The notes: generated by a model from the sequence alone, not told the origin. 64,000 nucleotides of DNA from Octopus vulgaris (GCA_951406725.2 OX597819.1:34286001-34350000), one strand, 5' to 3'; shown: positions 40,314-53,507, numbered from the stretch's first letter. Translations and numbers: made by a program.

Positions 40314-40423
40314 GCTTACAGCACCTAGGTTTCCCAAGCGGTCACCCATCTAAGTACTGACTAGGCTTGATGTTGCTTAATTTCGGTGATCGGATGAGAA
40401 CCGGTGCTTTCAACGTGATATGC
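40314..40423 (-). rRNA. 5S rRNA-derived copy (5'-truncated by ~9 nt, probable retrocopy)
   Basis: Minus strand catatcacgttgaaagcaccggttctcatccgatcaccgaaattaagcaacatcaagcctagtcagtacttagatgggtgaccgcttgggaaacctaggtgctgtaagc aligns end to end with metazoan 5S rRNA; box A and box C are recognisable. Confidence 0.92.
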
Positions 40424-41434
40424 CAGCAAAGGTTTTCTCCTTCAGAGTGAAAGGCATATTGCATGCTGCTTAAGTTAGAATTGTGATGCTGTATAGTACT
40501 GAGACATGGATCTTAAAAGCAGAGGACAAGAGAAGACTGGAAAGAAATGCAGTAAACATGCTCCATTTGATGTGCAATGTCAGTGTGAGTGAATGACACA
40601 GTACAAATGTGTTGAGAGAAAAAGCAGGAATAAGAGGAATCAGATGCAATATGCAAGAAAGAAGTCTGTACTGGTATGGATATGTGATGTGTATGGATAA
40701 GAACAGCTGTGTAAAGAAGTGCTGGACACTTAATGCGGCTGGAACTTGCATAAGAGTAAGAAGACAAGAGACAAAATGGTGAAGACAGATTTAAGACTGT
40801 GAACTTCACAGAGGAAATGACAAAGAGATGGAATGACTGACCACAACCTAAATTTCAACAATATACCCATTTAAAAAGCACCTAATATCTATTTTTTCTG
40901 GAAATAAAATAGAGGTAAAGTTAATAAGTTCTGAATTCTTTCAAAGTCTGGTTATATTTAAACTGAATATATTTAATGTTAAAAGTAGTATTTTAAACCA
41001 ACAAACAGTTTAAATTTGAAATTTGAACTTTTAACAACAGTAATTTATATAATTACAAATTATTTAATTAGCAACATTTGGGCAATTTATGACACCACAT
41101 TTCGATGGTTTCATTGCTAGGAGAGAATTTAAGAACATTGAATCACTGTTCATCAGTCTCTTACTATCAATCAATGATTATGAATAATGCATGAGATGAT
41201 TGAACAATTTCTGCCTTTCATCTTTTTATTGGTTTACCTTTATCACAGGTACCACCTATCTGCTGTATGTTAATGGGAAACTAACTGAACTAGAGGTGAG
41301 GAAACCTCTCGACTGTGTGATAAATTTTGTCTCCTAACAAATTTGAAATAATTTACAAAGTTTCTAAAAACTGTACAAAAGCAATGGTTTAATAGCAAAG
41401 CCATAGAAATTTAATGTAAGTTTCACATGAATAT

Positions 41435-41723
41435 CATCCTCCTCCTCATCATCATCATCACATCACCATCACCATCACCATCATCATTTAATGTCTATTT
41501 TTTTAATGCTTGCACAGGCTGGATAGAATTTATTTAAGGCAGATGTTCTACAGCTGGATGCCCTTCCTGTTTCCAACCCTCACATGTTTACAAGCAAAGT
41601 AATACTTCCTCATGGCCAGACATATTCTCACAGAATATTAGAAATGAATGACACCGCTTGTGTGACAGTGACACTTATTTACAACTATTAGATGATGTCA
41701 AAATAACACACAGACACATACAG

Positions 41724-41793
<70 letters not shown>

Positions 41794-41975
41794 ATGCACA
41801 CACACACACACACAACAGATGTTTTTAAGTTTCCATCTCCCAAACCCACTCACAAAGCTTGGATTCGCCCCTGGAGTTATAGTCGAAGACAGTTACCCAA
41901 GGTGCCACTCAGTGGAACTGAACTCAGAACCATGTGATTGGAAAGCAAATTTCTTCACATATAGCCATGCCTACA
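41435..41975 (-). mobile_element. SINE with family B-like head, (GT)n centre and (GAT)n tail
   Basis: Same architecture as 11620-12100. Confidence 0.65.
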
Positions 41976-42824
41976 CCTATATGTAAAATCAAAAATTCAC
42001 TCAGTCAAATTCTTATGAACTTACATTTCACACTTAATACTAAAAAGGCTCTTATTCTTAAATTAGTTACTCCACCTGCTACAAGTAGCAACCAAATATT
42101 TCTCATATCACAAGTTACTGTGGAAGATCACATTAGACAACATAGTATTAAATATATCTAAACAGACCGGCTGGTCATAGCTGGAATGTCTCTATACATT
42201 TGTTTGATCAGAACTGGCTAAGGACTAAACAAAAACAATCTATTTTAAATTTAATGCATCCACTCTCAGGCAGGTATTGAGTTCCATCTGTATTTCAACC
42301 AAGGATTCTCTCCACCAGTGCTACAGGGCCTTTGTACTGCTTATTAATTAAATTGTAATAAATTAATTAATTTATTATCAATTATCAACTTAAGTGATGA
42401 GGATTCACAATGTAACAGCACATTATATTTATGTATTATATCACACTTAGTGTAATTAGCTATATATCATTAACATCAGCAGTAGCACCATTGATTTATG
42501 TAGTCAATTTAATTATTATACAATTTAGATGCTGCCATTTATATGTTTCTGATCAAATATGTACTTCCTCTTAATTCTTAATAATTGATAATCACAAATA
42601 ATTATCAAATAAATAAAAAATTCCCTCCAACTTTTTATTGTTACTATGGTTACAGTCCAACATCAGTTCACATTTACTATTCTCTTGATTTGTACAATTA
42701 AAAACATTAATTCTGATTGAACACACTTTGAGAACTTACCACCGATCATTGTTTCATAACAAAATACACCTACACAGCATTATTGTGATGGACATACAGC
42801 ATTAGTCATCATACCAATAAAAAA

Positions 42825-43523
42825 GAAGACCTACTTCAATCATGAATGGCCTTGAGATTGCTCCTAGAATTTTCCCTTCTGAGGCACAAGTTCAAGCAAG
42901 ATTGTTTGTGGAAGACCAGCAGTCACCCATGCATACCAGCCTCCCCTCTCCACACGACTTATGTTATCCAAGGCTATGGCAAAGGCTGATACAGCTTAAC
43001 ACCAGTGACATTGCAACTCATTTCTACAGCTGAGTGAACTGGATCAACATGAAATAGAGTGTCTTGCTCAAGAACACATCACATAGCCCAGTCCAGGAAT
43101 CAAACTCACTACCTCATGATTTTGAGCCCAGTGTTCAAACTATTAAGCCATGTGCCTTCACATTGTCTTACTATAGTTCTTTTCTTCTTTTCTTTTTTTT
43201 TTTACAGTAGCACTGTCTTATTTCTTACTGTTTGTTCCTTCTCAAGCCATCCCTGTCTCATAAGGACCAGTTTCCCAGGCATATAGGTTCCCCACCTGGA
43301 TGGGACACCGGTCCACCGCAGTCGAGCTGCAAGATGCAGGAGGAAAGAGTGAGAGAAAGTTGTAGCAAAAGAGTCAGCAGAAGTTCGCCATTACCTTCTG
43401 CTGGAGCCGCATGGAGCTTAGGTGTTTCACTCATAAATACACACATCGCCCGGTCTGAGATTCGAACCCATGATCCTTCGACCATGAGTCTGCTGCTCTA
43501 ACCACAAGACCATGTGCCTCCAC
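42825..43523 (-). mobile_element. Family E-type SINE (42825-43160) and family D SINE (43225-43523)
   Basis: Homologous to 29537-29874 and 28155-28460 respectively. Confidence 0.8.
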
Positions 43524-44158
43524 TATGTCTTACTGTAGTATTGCTTTAACATAATATCAAGACAGCAGTCCATTAAAGACTTTTAATGAATCCATTTCAT
43601 GAAACACAATGTCAACTTCCATAGGATAGAAGAATTTATTCCCAGTTCCCAGCATGTTGATGGTTGGACACTAACAAAATTTGAACTCAAAGCTTCATGC
43701 CTCATTGTTGTTGTTGCTATTGTTGTTGTTGTTTAATCCCAGATCATTTCTGACATAGCAAACCTATGATTTGAGTCATGATCATCCTAACACTTCTCAT
43801 AAGCAATGCATAGCTAGGACAACATTATTCAATGTGCCCCCCTCAGTTTTCACAAAGTACAACTTGAAAAAGATTTGGCTGTTATTTCTAGCAAATAAAG
43901 CGATCATATTGTGGCTCCCTCAATGATTTGTTGTAGTAAGTGTTCCACTGTACCCCTTTCTCCAATTTCCAACATCTCTCTCTCTCTCTCTCTCTCTCTT
44001 TTAATTAATATAATATATAGTATTTTGCCAACCTATTTCTTCATCACCTTTCTTCAAAACAGTCCATTGTCGTTAATGAAACGATAGAGAGCTGCTGTTT
44101 ATTTATATGATACTCTATTTGCAATGTCCTAAGGCAAAGAAACATGTACTTGACTTAC

Positions 44159-44220
44159 TTTTCAGTTTACTGAAGTGGAAAATAGGTACCAGTACCCATA
44201 TTATCATAGAACAGTCTATG
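44159..44220 (-). other. Candidate 62-nt internal exon of an unidentified host transcript
   Basis: Very strong acceptor tcttttttgtttcctccttttctcccag and donor AA|gtaagt in non-repeat sequence; one open frame (IDCSMIIWVLVPIFHFSKLK). Confidence 0.4.
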
Positions 44221-44647
44221 CTGGGAGAAAAGGAGGAAACAAAAAAGACACATCTATCTGCCATAATACCATTTCCAGTAATACTGTCCCATTCATGCAA
44301 TGCTAACAACAGAGAGTATGAATAAATAGTCTCTAGATTCTTCCTTTTGTGGAAAAGCAATCAATATATTGTTTAGATAAAGCCATACATTTCGAAATAT
44401 TCGTACATATTCTAAAGATTCCTACATCCAGTAGAATGTAAATAATACTAACAAGCCAAATTCTTACTTTTGTTGGTTTTTTTTTGTTTGATACTTAAAG
44501 CAACAATCACAAAAGTAGGTTTCCATTTTTTGTTCACACATATTTATCACATTTATATCATTATTTCACATGCAACAACTGAGCATCTATGTGGTCATAT
44601 GTTTCGTTAGAAATAGCAGCCAAATTGCACTTGAGTTATATACCCAT

Positions 44648-45020
44648 AGGAGCAGGAGTGGCTTCCTAATCACATGGTTTCAGGTTCAATTCCATAGCAT
44701 GGCACCTACATAATACAAGTAGGAGTCTTCTACTATAGCCCCTGACCCATCGAGTGGATGTAGCAGACAAAAATTGAAAGAAACCCCATCATGTGTGTGT
44801 GTTTTGTGTTTGTCTTGTGTTTATCCTCCACTACCACATGGCATCCAGTGTTGGTTTGTTTATGTTCCCATAACTTAGTGGTTCGGTATAAGAGCCCAAT
44901 AGAATAAGTAGCAGACTTTTAAAAAATAAGTCCCGGGGTCAATTCATTCAATTAAAACCCTTCAAGGTGGTGTTCCAGCATGGGCATAGTTCAATGACTG
45001 AAAAAAGTAAAAAGTAAAAG
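44648..45020 (+). mobile_element. SINE family B
   Basis: ggagcaggagtggc head; tail ggtggtgttccagcatgggc...gactgaaaaaagtaaaaag. Confidence 0.75.
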
Positions 45021-46309
45021 AACCATCTTTAAAAAGGAAAGAGACTTCATTATGGAATAAATGATGAGGGCTATCACAGCTGCAATGTTTTTGATCAAAG
45101 TCCACTCAATAAGAGCTAACTAAGGGCTAAACAACCATACACACACACACACACACACACATCCTTTGAATATTGCTTTAGTTCTGTAATTTACAAAATA
45201 CTATCTCTGTGAAATCAGCACATACTAAAATATAATAAAAAAATTTTTTCAATGAAAAAAAAATAGAAGAAAAAGTAAAAAAAAAAATCATTGGTTTGGG
45301 ATTGATAGAATATTGATGTTTGAATTCTGAAGAATTGAACAAGTAGAATCAGACAAGTTGAAGCTTACATTGTCAGAAATCCACAGTTAGAGTCAATAAA
45401 CAGTGAAGAAACTATATCTCTCTGCAGTTCATTATGTTAACAATATCTCATTTTAGCTAATTTCATTGGCCAGTTACAGCTAATATTGACTTCATTATCA
45501 CCCTAGTTACTGCTTTATCTGACCAATGAATGAACCACTGACAACTAATAGCTTTGATTGGCTCCACCAAATATAGTAATATGACAGCAAAATGGTTTGG
45601 CAATTAAAGAGTTTAAAGAATTCATTTCCTCACTACTGCACCTCGTTTCTAATCCATCCCAAGTTAAATGGTGTTACTGTCTGTATTCCATAGAACATGA
45701 TAATCCCAGTAAATTGCAAACAAGAGTGTAATTTACCGGCAAGAAATTAGGAAATGTTTAAAGCAAAGTCAGCAATGAAAATTACCAGCTCTGATATAAA
45801 AAGGGAGGTGAGGATAAAAGAGAAGTGAAGAGAGGTAGCCAGAGAATGTGTGGAAGGAGGAGGAGGAGAGTTAAGGAGAGGTAGCCATAGATTGTGTGGA
45901 ACGAAGAGGTGGTAAGGAGAGGTATAAGAAATAGAGCAAAGGAGAAGAAGAGTAAATTGTGTGTAAGGAGGAAGGGTGAGGACAGGGTAACAATAGATGT
46001 GTGTATAAGAAAGAAGTCAAAAGAGAAGTAAACAGTACATAGTGTAGTAAGGAGAAGAAACAAAGAGGAGAAAGAGAATGTGGTTAGGAGAGAGGTAGCA
46101 GTAGAAGGTGCACAGTAGGGGGGGAGGTAAGGAGGGACATAGTAGAAGATGGTCTCAGGAGAGCAGAGAGAGAGAGAGAGGTGAGCACACATGTACCAGG
46201 AAAGATACTAGATCAGATAAGTTATACAAAACACTTTAATGTAAATTGATTCCATGTACATTTAGTGAGAGTCAACATAGTTAAATATACCCCACTTAAT
46301 AAACTAACA

Positions 46310-47970
46310 CAGCCACCACAATTACAGCCTTATTGTAATCTCATTACACTTACAGACTCACAACAGTGACTGACTAATGCAGTCACAATCAGAAGTCGCA
46401 GCCTTACTACAGTCAATCAGAATTCACAGTCTTGCTACAGTCACAGTCTTGCTACAGTCACAGTCTCACTGTAGTCACACCTCAATCATCACAGCCTCAT
46501 TGTATGCAAACACTGCAGTCACAGTTTAACTAGTCACAGCCCCAAAACAATCACAGCATTTCCAGTCACAACATTGCTAAAGTCATAGCCTAACTACAAT
46601 CACAGTTTAATACAATCACAGCCTTACTAGTCACAGCTTTATTACAGTCACAGCATTACTAGTCACAGGTGCACTACTGTCACAACATTACTACATTCAC
46701 AGTATTCTTTTCTACTCAAGGCACAAAACCCGAAATTTTTTTGGGAGGGGCAGTCGATTAGATTGACCCCAGCATGCAACTGGTACTTAATTTATCCACC
46801 CCAAAAGGATGATTAGCAAAGTTGACCTTGGCAGAATTTGAACTCAGAACATAAGACAGACGAAATACTGCTTTGCATTTTGCCCATTGTGCTAATGTAT
46901 CTGCCTGCTTGCCGCCTTTAAAGATTGTTATAGAATTTCTTCTACTCTAGGCACAAAGCCCGAAATTTTGGAAGAGAGGGCCAGTCGATTACATTGACTC
47001 CAGTACGCAACTGGTATTTTATTTATTGACCTTGAAAGGATAAAAGGCAAAGTTGACCTTGGTGGAATTTGAACTTGGAACATAAAGACAAACGAAATAC
47101 CTATTTCTTTACTACCCACAAGGGGCTAAACACAGAGAGGACAAACGGATTAAGTCGATTATATCAACCCCAGTGCGTAACTGGTACTTATTTAATCAAC
47201 CCTGAAAGGATGAAAGGCAAAGTTGACCTTGGTGGAATTTGAACTTGGAACATAAAGACAAACGAAATACCTATTTCTTTACTACCCACAAGGGGCTAAA
47301 CACAGAGAGGACAAACGGATTAAGTCGATTATATCAACCCCAGTGCATAACTGGTACTTATTTAATCAACCCTGAAAGGATGAAAGGCAAAGTTGACCTT
47401 GGTGGAATTTGAACTCAGAACATAAAGACAAACAAAATACCTATTTCTTTATTACCCACAAGGAGTTAAACACAGAGAGGACAAACAAGGACAGACAAAA
47501 GGATTAAGTCGATTATATCGACCCCAGTGCGTAACTGGTACTTATTTAATCAACCCTGAAAGGATGAAAGGCAAAGTTGACCTTGGTGGAATTTGAACTC
47601 AGAACATAAAGACAGACGAAATACCTATTTCTTTACTACCCACAAGGGGCTAAACACAGAGGGGACAAACAAGGACAGACATAGGTATTAAGTCGATTAC
47701 ATCGACCCCAGTGCATAACTGGTACTTATTTAATCAACCCTGAAAGGATGAAAGGCAAAGTTGACCTTGGTGGAATTTGAACTCAGAACATAAAGACAGA
47801 CGAAATACAGCTAAGCATTTCACCTGGTGTGCTAACGTTTCTGCCAGCTCGCTGCCTTACTACATTCACAGTATTACTACAATCACAGTGTCACTACACT
47901 GACAGCCTCACTGTATGAACAACCACTATAGTCCAGACTTTCTATAGATACAATATCACTGTAGTCACAG
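46310..47970. repeat. Degenerate ~19-bp tandem repeat (cagtcacagccttacta) interrupted by a SINE concatemer
   Basis: tcacag recurs at ~17-20-bp spacing at 46310-46706 and resumes at 47857-47970. Confidence 0.75.
46707..47856 (-). mobile_element. Six-unit family A SINE concatemer with a 19-bp TSD
   Basis: Six core copies; ttactacattcacagtatt at 46688-46706 and 47857-47875. Confidence 0.88.
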
Positions 47971-49765
47971 CCCTTTATTCTTTCTACTCTGGAAGGATTA
48001 AAAGCTAAGTTGATTTTGGTATAAATAAACTCAGAACATCATGACTAACTCCCACAAAGTGTTCTGTCTGACAGACTAATGATTCCAACAATTTACCAAT
48101 ATCTCGTTCAGAGATTTATTATTGCTTTCAGACAGTTTTTCTAAATCAGTGACAGTGGTTGCTGTGAAAAACGTTAAATATTATTTGCAAGGGGTCTCCT
48201 TCATCGAAAACCAGTGTTTACCATGCGTTGATGAGAGGCAATTACCTTGAAACTATAGTCCGTATGTAGCACTTAGGTTTTCGAGGGAGGATGGCCTCCC
48301 TTTGCAAATAACACAAGGGCACTGAGATTGTGTCTAAAGTCCATCTGGTGATGTTGATCGCCTGGGGCTAAAAGCATCAGTAACACCCCACACCCAGTGG
48401 CTAGCCACATTCAGATGGCTAGTACACCTTACCTTTTGATAGAATTTTGGATAAATTACCAAATCACTGTAATTCTAAAGATCAATGCTAGAAAATTTGA
48501 ATCTGCTAGAATTTTTGTTATTTTTATTATACTTATTTACACTTATTTTTATAGCGCCTGCAGGCTTGGGTGGGGGTGGGAGTGGTGAAAGGAGATAACT
48601 GATTTCTCTTTTATATTTTACTTGTTTTAAACATTGGACTGCAGCCATACTGGAGCACTGCCTCAAGGGCTTTAGTTCAATAAATACCCTCTAATACTTT
48701 TTTTTTTTCCTTTTTTAAGTCTGGCACTTATTCTATCATACTCTTTTGGTGAACCATTAAGTTACAGGCATGTAAGCAAACCAACATGTAACAAGCTGGA
48801 TAATTGTTAAGAGAGATATCTCTTAACATGAAACCAATGCTAGCCTGGTTAACTTACAAATAAAGTGTGTGTGTGTGTGTGTACTGTGAAAATTAAAAGG
48901 GTAGAAAATTTAGAAAAATTTCATAACGTGGCTAGCATGCTATATAAAAGTCAATAGACTACATATTTTCATATATAAAAAGTGTATATAATATACACTT
49001 TTTATAATAATTGGCAGTGACACACAATGAGAAACTGAGGACATACCAAAGCTAATGGAAGATAGTGACTTTTGGTGGACCATGCTGGAGTACATCTTGG
49101 TTGTGATCACTTGAAGAACAGTATGCTTACACCAGTGCATCAAACAAAAAACATTTTGTGCATTAATTCTGTACTAGTAACATTTCTTTTTGCTAAGGAA
49201 GACTTATCCATTCAACAGAGATTAATGAAATAATTATCTAAGTACTGAGGATTGATATATTTGGTTTAAACTATAGGTACAGGTATGGCTGTGTGGTTAA
49301 GAAGTTTGCTTTGCAACCACATGGTTTCAGGTTCAGTCCCACCATGCAGCACGTTGGGTGTTTTCTATCATAGCCCTGGGCCAATCAATGCCTTACGAGT
49401 GAATTTGATAAATGGAAATGGTGTGGAAGCCCATTGTGTATGCACATGTGTGTGTGTATGTGTGTGTGTGTGTGTGTGTGTGTACATGCATATGACAGGT
49501 ATAATTTGTTAAAAATGTACCATTCGAGCAGTCCTCACTGACAATGTCTACAGAACAGATAAAACCAGATGTCTAGTCTGAGGATCTTCGAATTGGCATG
49601 GGGTGGTTGCCTCCCCTGTCAGCATGTGTGTCTCTGCACTCTTCCTACAGCATTAAGAGCATTTTAACTCTTATTTCTAGCAATGTAGGTGCGTCAGCAC
49701 TCTTAGTCACACTTAGTGATGATTGAATTTTTCCTTTATGGTATCACATTGTGCCTAGCTGTTTA

Positions 49766-50020
49766 TATTGTGAAAGGTAGGAGAGTCCAGTTTGCTGGAC
49801 ATTGTTGTAGAGCTGAAAGAGAAGTAATTTCTACTCTTCTCCCCTGGAAGCCATCTACTCGCAATACCAGAGGGCGCACACTCTCCTACCCTGATGTAAT
49901 CTCCAGGGATACAGGCATCCAGCAACAGGACCTCCGTAATGCCATGATGGACTGTGAAGTCTGGCGTAGCATGGTAAATTCCATTGTCTCGACCACGGTC
50001 GAACAATGATGATGATGATG
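49766..50020 (+). mobile_element. 3' end of an RTE/RTEX-like LINE nested in a family B SINE (49275-50215)
   Basis: IVKGRRVQFAGHCCRAERE...RNAMMDCEVWRSMV* followed by a (TGA)n tail. Confidence 0.8.
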
Positions 50021-50469
50021 TGTGTGTGTGTATGTCTGTACCCATTCTACTGTTTGACATCTAATGTTGTTTTATTTACATCCCCGTAACATAGTGATTG
50101 TGGCAAAAGAGACTGACTTAAAAAATAACAAATTATGGGATTGGTTTGTTCAAAACCCCTCAAAGTAGTACCCCAGCATAGCCGCACTTCCATGACTGAA
50201 ACAAGGAAAAGATAATAATAATGAAATTATTGTATACAGTGCTCAGGTGCACCACAATGCTCAGGTGCACCACAAGATGATAAAAGGTACAAAACATCAA
50301 GGTGGTGCACCAGCATGGCCACGGTCCAAAGACAGAAACAAATTAGAGAACACCAAAGAATACATGAAGCTAAACTTAAGATTTTTACAGAACCATGAAA
50401 AAGCACACTCTGAATGGTACAAAATGGTGAAATCAATGGAAACATTGGAACAGGAAACATTTCAAACCT

Positions 50470-50898
50470 GATGGAAGCACTCCGTCGGTTACGACGATGA
50501 GGGTTCCGGTTGATCCGAATCAACGGAACAGCCTGCTCGTGAAATTAACGTGTAAGTGGCTGAGCACTCCACAGACACGTGCACCCTTAACGTAGTTCTC
50601 GGGGATATTCAGCGTGACACAGAGAGTGACAAGGCCGGCCCCTTGAAATACAGGTACAACAGAAACAGGAAGTAAGAGTGAGAGAAAGTTGTGGTGAAAG
50701 AGTACAGCAGGAATCACCACCATCCCCTGCCGGAGCCTTGCGGAGCTTTTAGGTGTTTTCGCTCAATAAACACTCACAACGCTGTTTTAAAAGAAAGGCA
50801 AGTCGACCTCGGCGGAGTTTGAACTTAGAACGTAAGGAGAGACAAAATGCTGTAAAGTATTTTGTCCTGCGCGCTAACGACTCTACCAGCTCGCTGCC
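50470..50898 (-). mobile_element. Young SINE (50470-50780, family D/E mosaic) plus family A 5' fragment (50795-50898)
   Basis: CpG-rich. 50690-50780 matches 24835-24920 and 50490-50660 matches 11165-11330. Confidence 0.7.
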
Positions 50899-51309
50899 TT
50901 ATTTCAAACCTATGCAACTGAGAAACAACAAATCTTAAAGATTAAATACGTTTTTTTTTTTTTTGTTTTTTTTTTTTTTTTCAAATTCTATGAACTAGCA
51001 ACCGAATTGAAAAATTATAAATCTGTAACCTTTTTGACCTGCAACCACCACTAACTGGATCATTTTTGTAGTAATGTTAGGTTGGTAAGGTCAGAAAAAG
51101 AATGGAGAGATTAATCAAGCAAAATAATCCATTTGCACTTGTCGTTCACCTCAAACGTTCGAATATTTAAAACAGACAACATCAGTAAACATATTGATTT
51201 TTTAAAATACATAAAATATCTTTAATACACAAGAGATATTGAATAATTCCCAAACTGGATTTTAAACTAATTCCAAATGAAAATATAACAGCTACAAAAA
51301 AAGCAAATG

Positions 51310-52146
51310 ATTGCATATACACATGTATAGATATATATACACACACCACACACATACATATATATATATACAACTATATATATACACACACATGCATATA
51401 TATATATACACATACACACACACATGCATGCATACACACACAAATACACACACACATACATACGGAGACACACATCCATACATAACAGATGAATGTGCAT
51501 AGTCACACAAATCCATACACATAGACAGACTCAAATATGCACATACACAAGGGGACAAAGGTACACACACACACACACACACACACACATGGAAACACAC
51601 AAACATGCAGAATACATACATACAAACATACACACATGCATACATATATATGTGCATACACAAACATGCATACATACACACATACATACATACATACACA
51701 CACATACATACACACATACATACATACATACATACATAATACATACATAATACATACAAACATACACACATGCATACATATATATGTGCATACACAAACA
51801 TGCATACATACACACATACATACATACATACATACATACACACATACATACATACACACATACATACATACATACATACATACATACATACATACACACA
51901 TACATACATACATATGTGTGTACGCATGTGTATGTGGCATTGCATGTGCAATGCCGCATACACATGCGTACAAATAAACAAACAAAAAGAACGTAGCTCT
52001 GATAATGGATGGAGTCAACAACTATTGAAGAGGTTGCAAGAAATAACGAAAAGTTTAGAAAAAATAAATAAGCAAATGAGTGGAAATCGAACCAGTGAGT
52101 GTGTTAATTAATAAGGCATTAAAACAGACTCTCCCCGGACACAATA

Positions 52147-52183
<37 letters not shown>

Positions 52184-52445
52184 TACATACATACATACAT
52201 ATACACACACATACACATACATACATACATACATACATACATACATGCATATATACATACATACATACATGCATATATACATACATACATACATACATAC
52301 ATATACACACACATACACATACATACATACATACATACATACATACATACATGCATGCATACATACATATACACACACACATACACATATACACACTCAT
52401 ATTGCATACACATACTCTCACACACATGCACACACACTCACGTGC
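51310..52445. repeat. Two compound (CATA)n/(CA)n arrays (51310-51970, 52147-52445)
   Basis: Direct; source of the HT/YI- and MYVC-repeat ORFs. Confidence 0.95.
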
Positions 52446-53152
52446 ATTACAGCAATACAATAGAAAAATTGAATTGTCCACAGAGAAATCTCTACGGAAT
52501 TATTTAGAAGAAAAATCCAACATATTTTCCCATTATAAACTACGATTCAAGTCTAATCCATTGCAGCATCTGACATTATGACATTCCAACACAAATCCAG
52601 ATTTGAAGAGACAAAACCTCTGAGTGTTTGTGGCATTTTATTAAAACCAGTCCCTTAAAGTCTAATTTCTTACCTTATATCTAAATATTTATTTATTTTT
52701 ATTTCCATGCTTGCCAACAAGCAGATTGATAGTTGAAGATTAACATATTTGCCAGCATATAAGATGCATTTTGCATAAGATGCACTTCCGTTTTACAAGT
52801 ATATCTGTATGCTGGTGCCACACCGTGCTGGCATCATGCTACAAGCACCCAGTACACTTTGTGGAGTAGTTAGCATCAGGAAAGGCATCCAGCCATAGAA
52901 AGCATGCCAAAACTGACAAAAAAAAGCTCACTGTGACCCCTGCTCTTACCAGCTTCAGTCCAACCTATGCCAGCATGGAAAACAGACATGAAATGTTGAT
53001 GATGATGATGATGATGATGATTTTGTGGAAAAAACAAATTTAGTATGTTCCATCAAACACATACTGAAGGATATTTTAAAGAAGCTTTGTAAGGGAAAAT
53101 GTATGATTCTATGCATGTAAATGCAATGCTGTGTACATTATACTAGAATAAT

Positions 53153-53390
53153 GGCAGTGAGCTGGCAGAAACGTTAGCATGCCGGGCAAAATGCTTAGCG
53201 GTATTTCGTCTGCCGTTACGTTCTGAGTTCAAATTCCGCTGAGGTTGATTTTGCCTTTCATCGTTTCAGGGTCGATAAATTAAGTACCAGTTATGCACTG
53301 GGGTCGATGTAATCGACTTAATCCTCTTCTCTGTCCTTGTTTGTCCCCTCTATGTTTAGTCCCTTGTGGGTGGTAAAGAAATAAGAATAA
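53153..53390 (+). mobile_element. Full-length family A SINE monomer
   Basis: ggcagtgagctggcagaaacgttagc...ggtatttcgtctgcc...gttcaaattcc...ccttgtgggtggtaaagaaataagaataa. Confidence 0.88.
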
Positions 53391-53507
53391 AGTATGAAAC
53401 TATAAATTTATCATAGTTAAACTACATTATACAAGGACCATGTTTCAACTGATTCTTCTTTCAGATCATCTGTATAGTTTTTTATATTTTGGTCAAGAGA
53501 ATTGTCG

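Larger units (their letters stand above)
39620..40840 (+). mobile_element. Old RTE-clade LINE remnant (RT domain and C-terminus)
   Basis: QVGVHQGS, CPWELLYADD, DSFCYLGD, VRIVMLYSTETW motifs with stops and frameshifts. Confidence 0.88.

Noticed and set aside
40314-40423. Functional 5S rRNA gene
   Set aside because: 5' end truncated, substitutions in conserved positions, solitary, no terminator, inserted in a LINE.
46707-47856. Possible CRISPR array or hammerhead retrozyme array
   Set aside because: Units are whole SINE copies with no unique spacers and no cas genes (eukaryotic DNA). I found no CTGATGA...GAAA hammerhead core in the unit on either strand.
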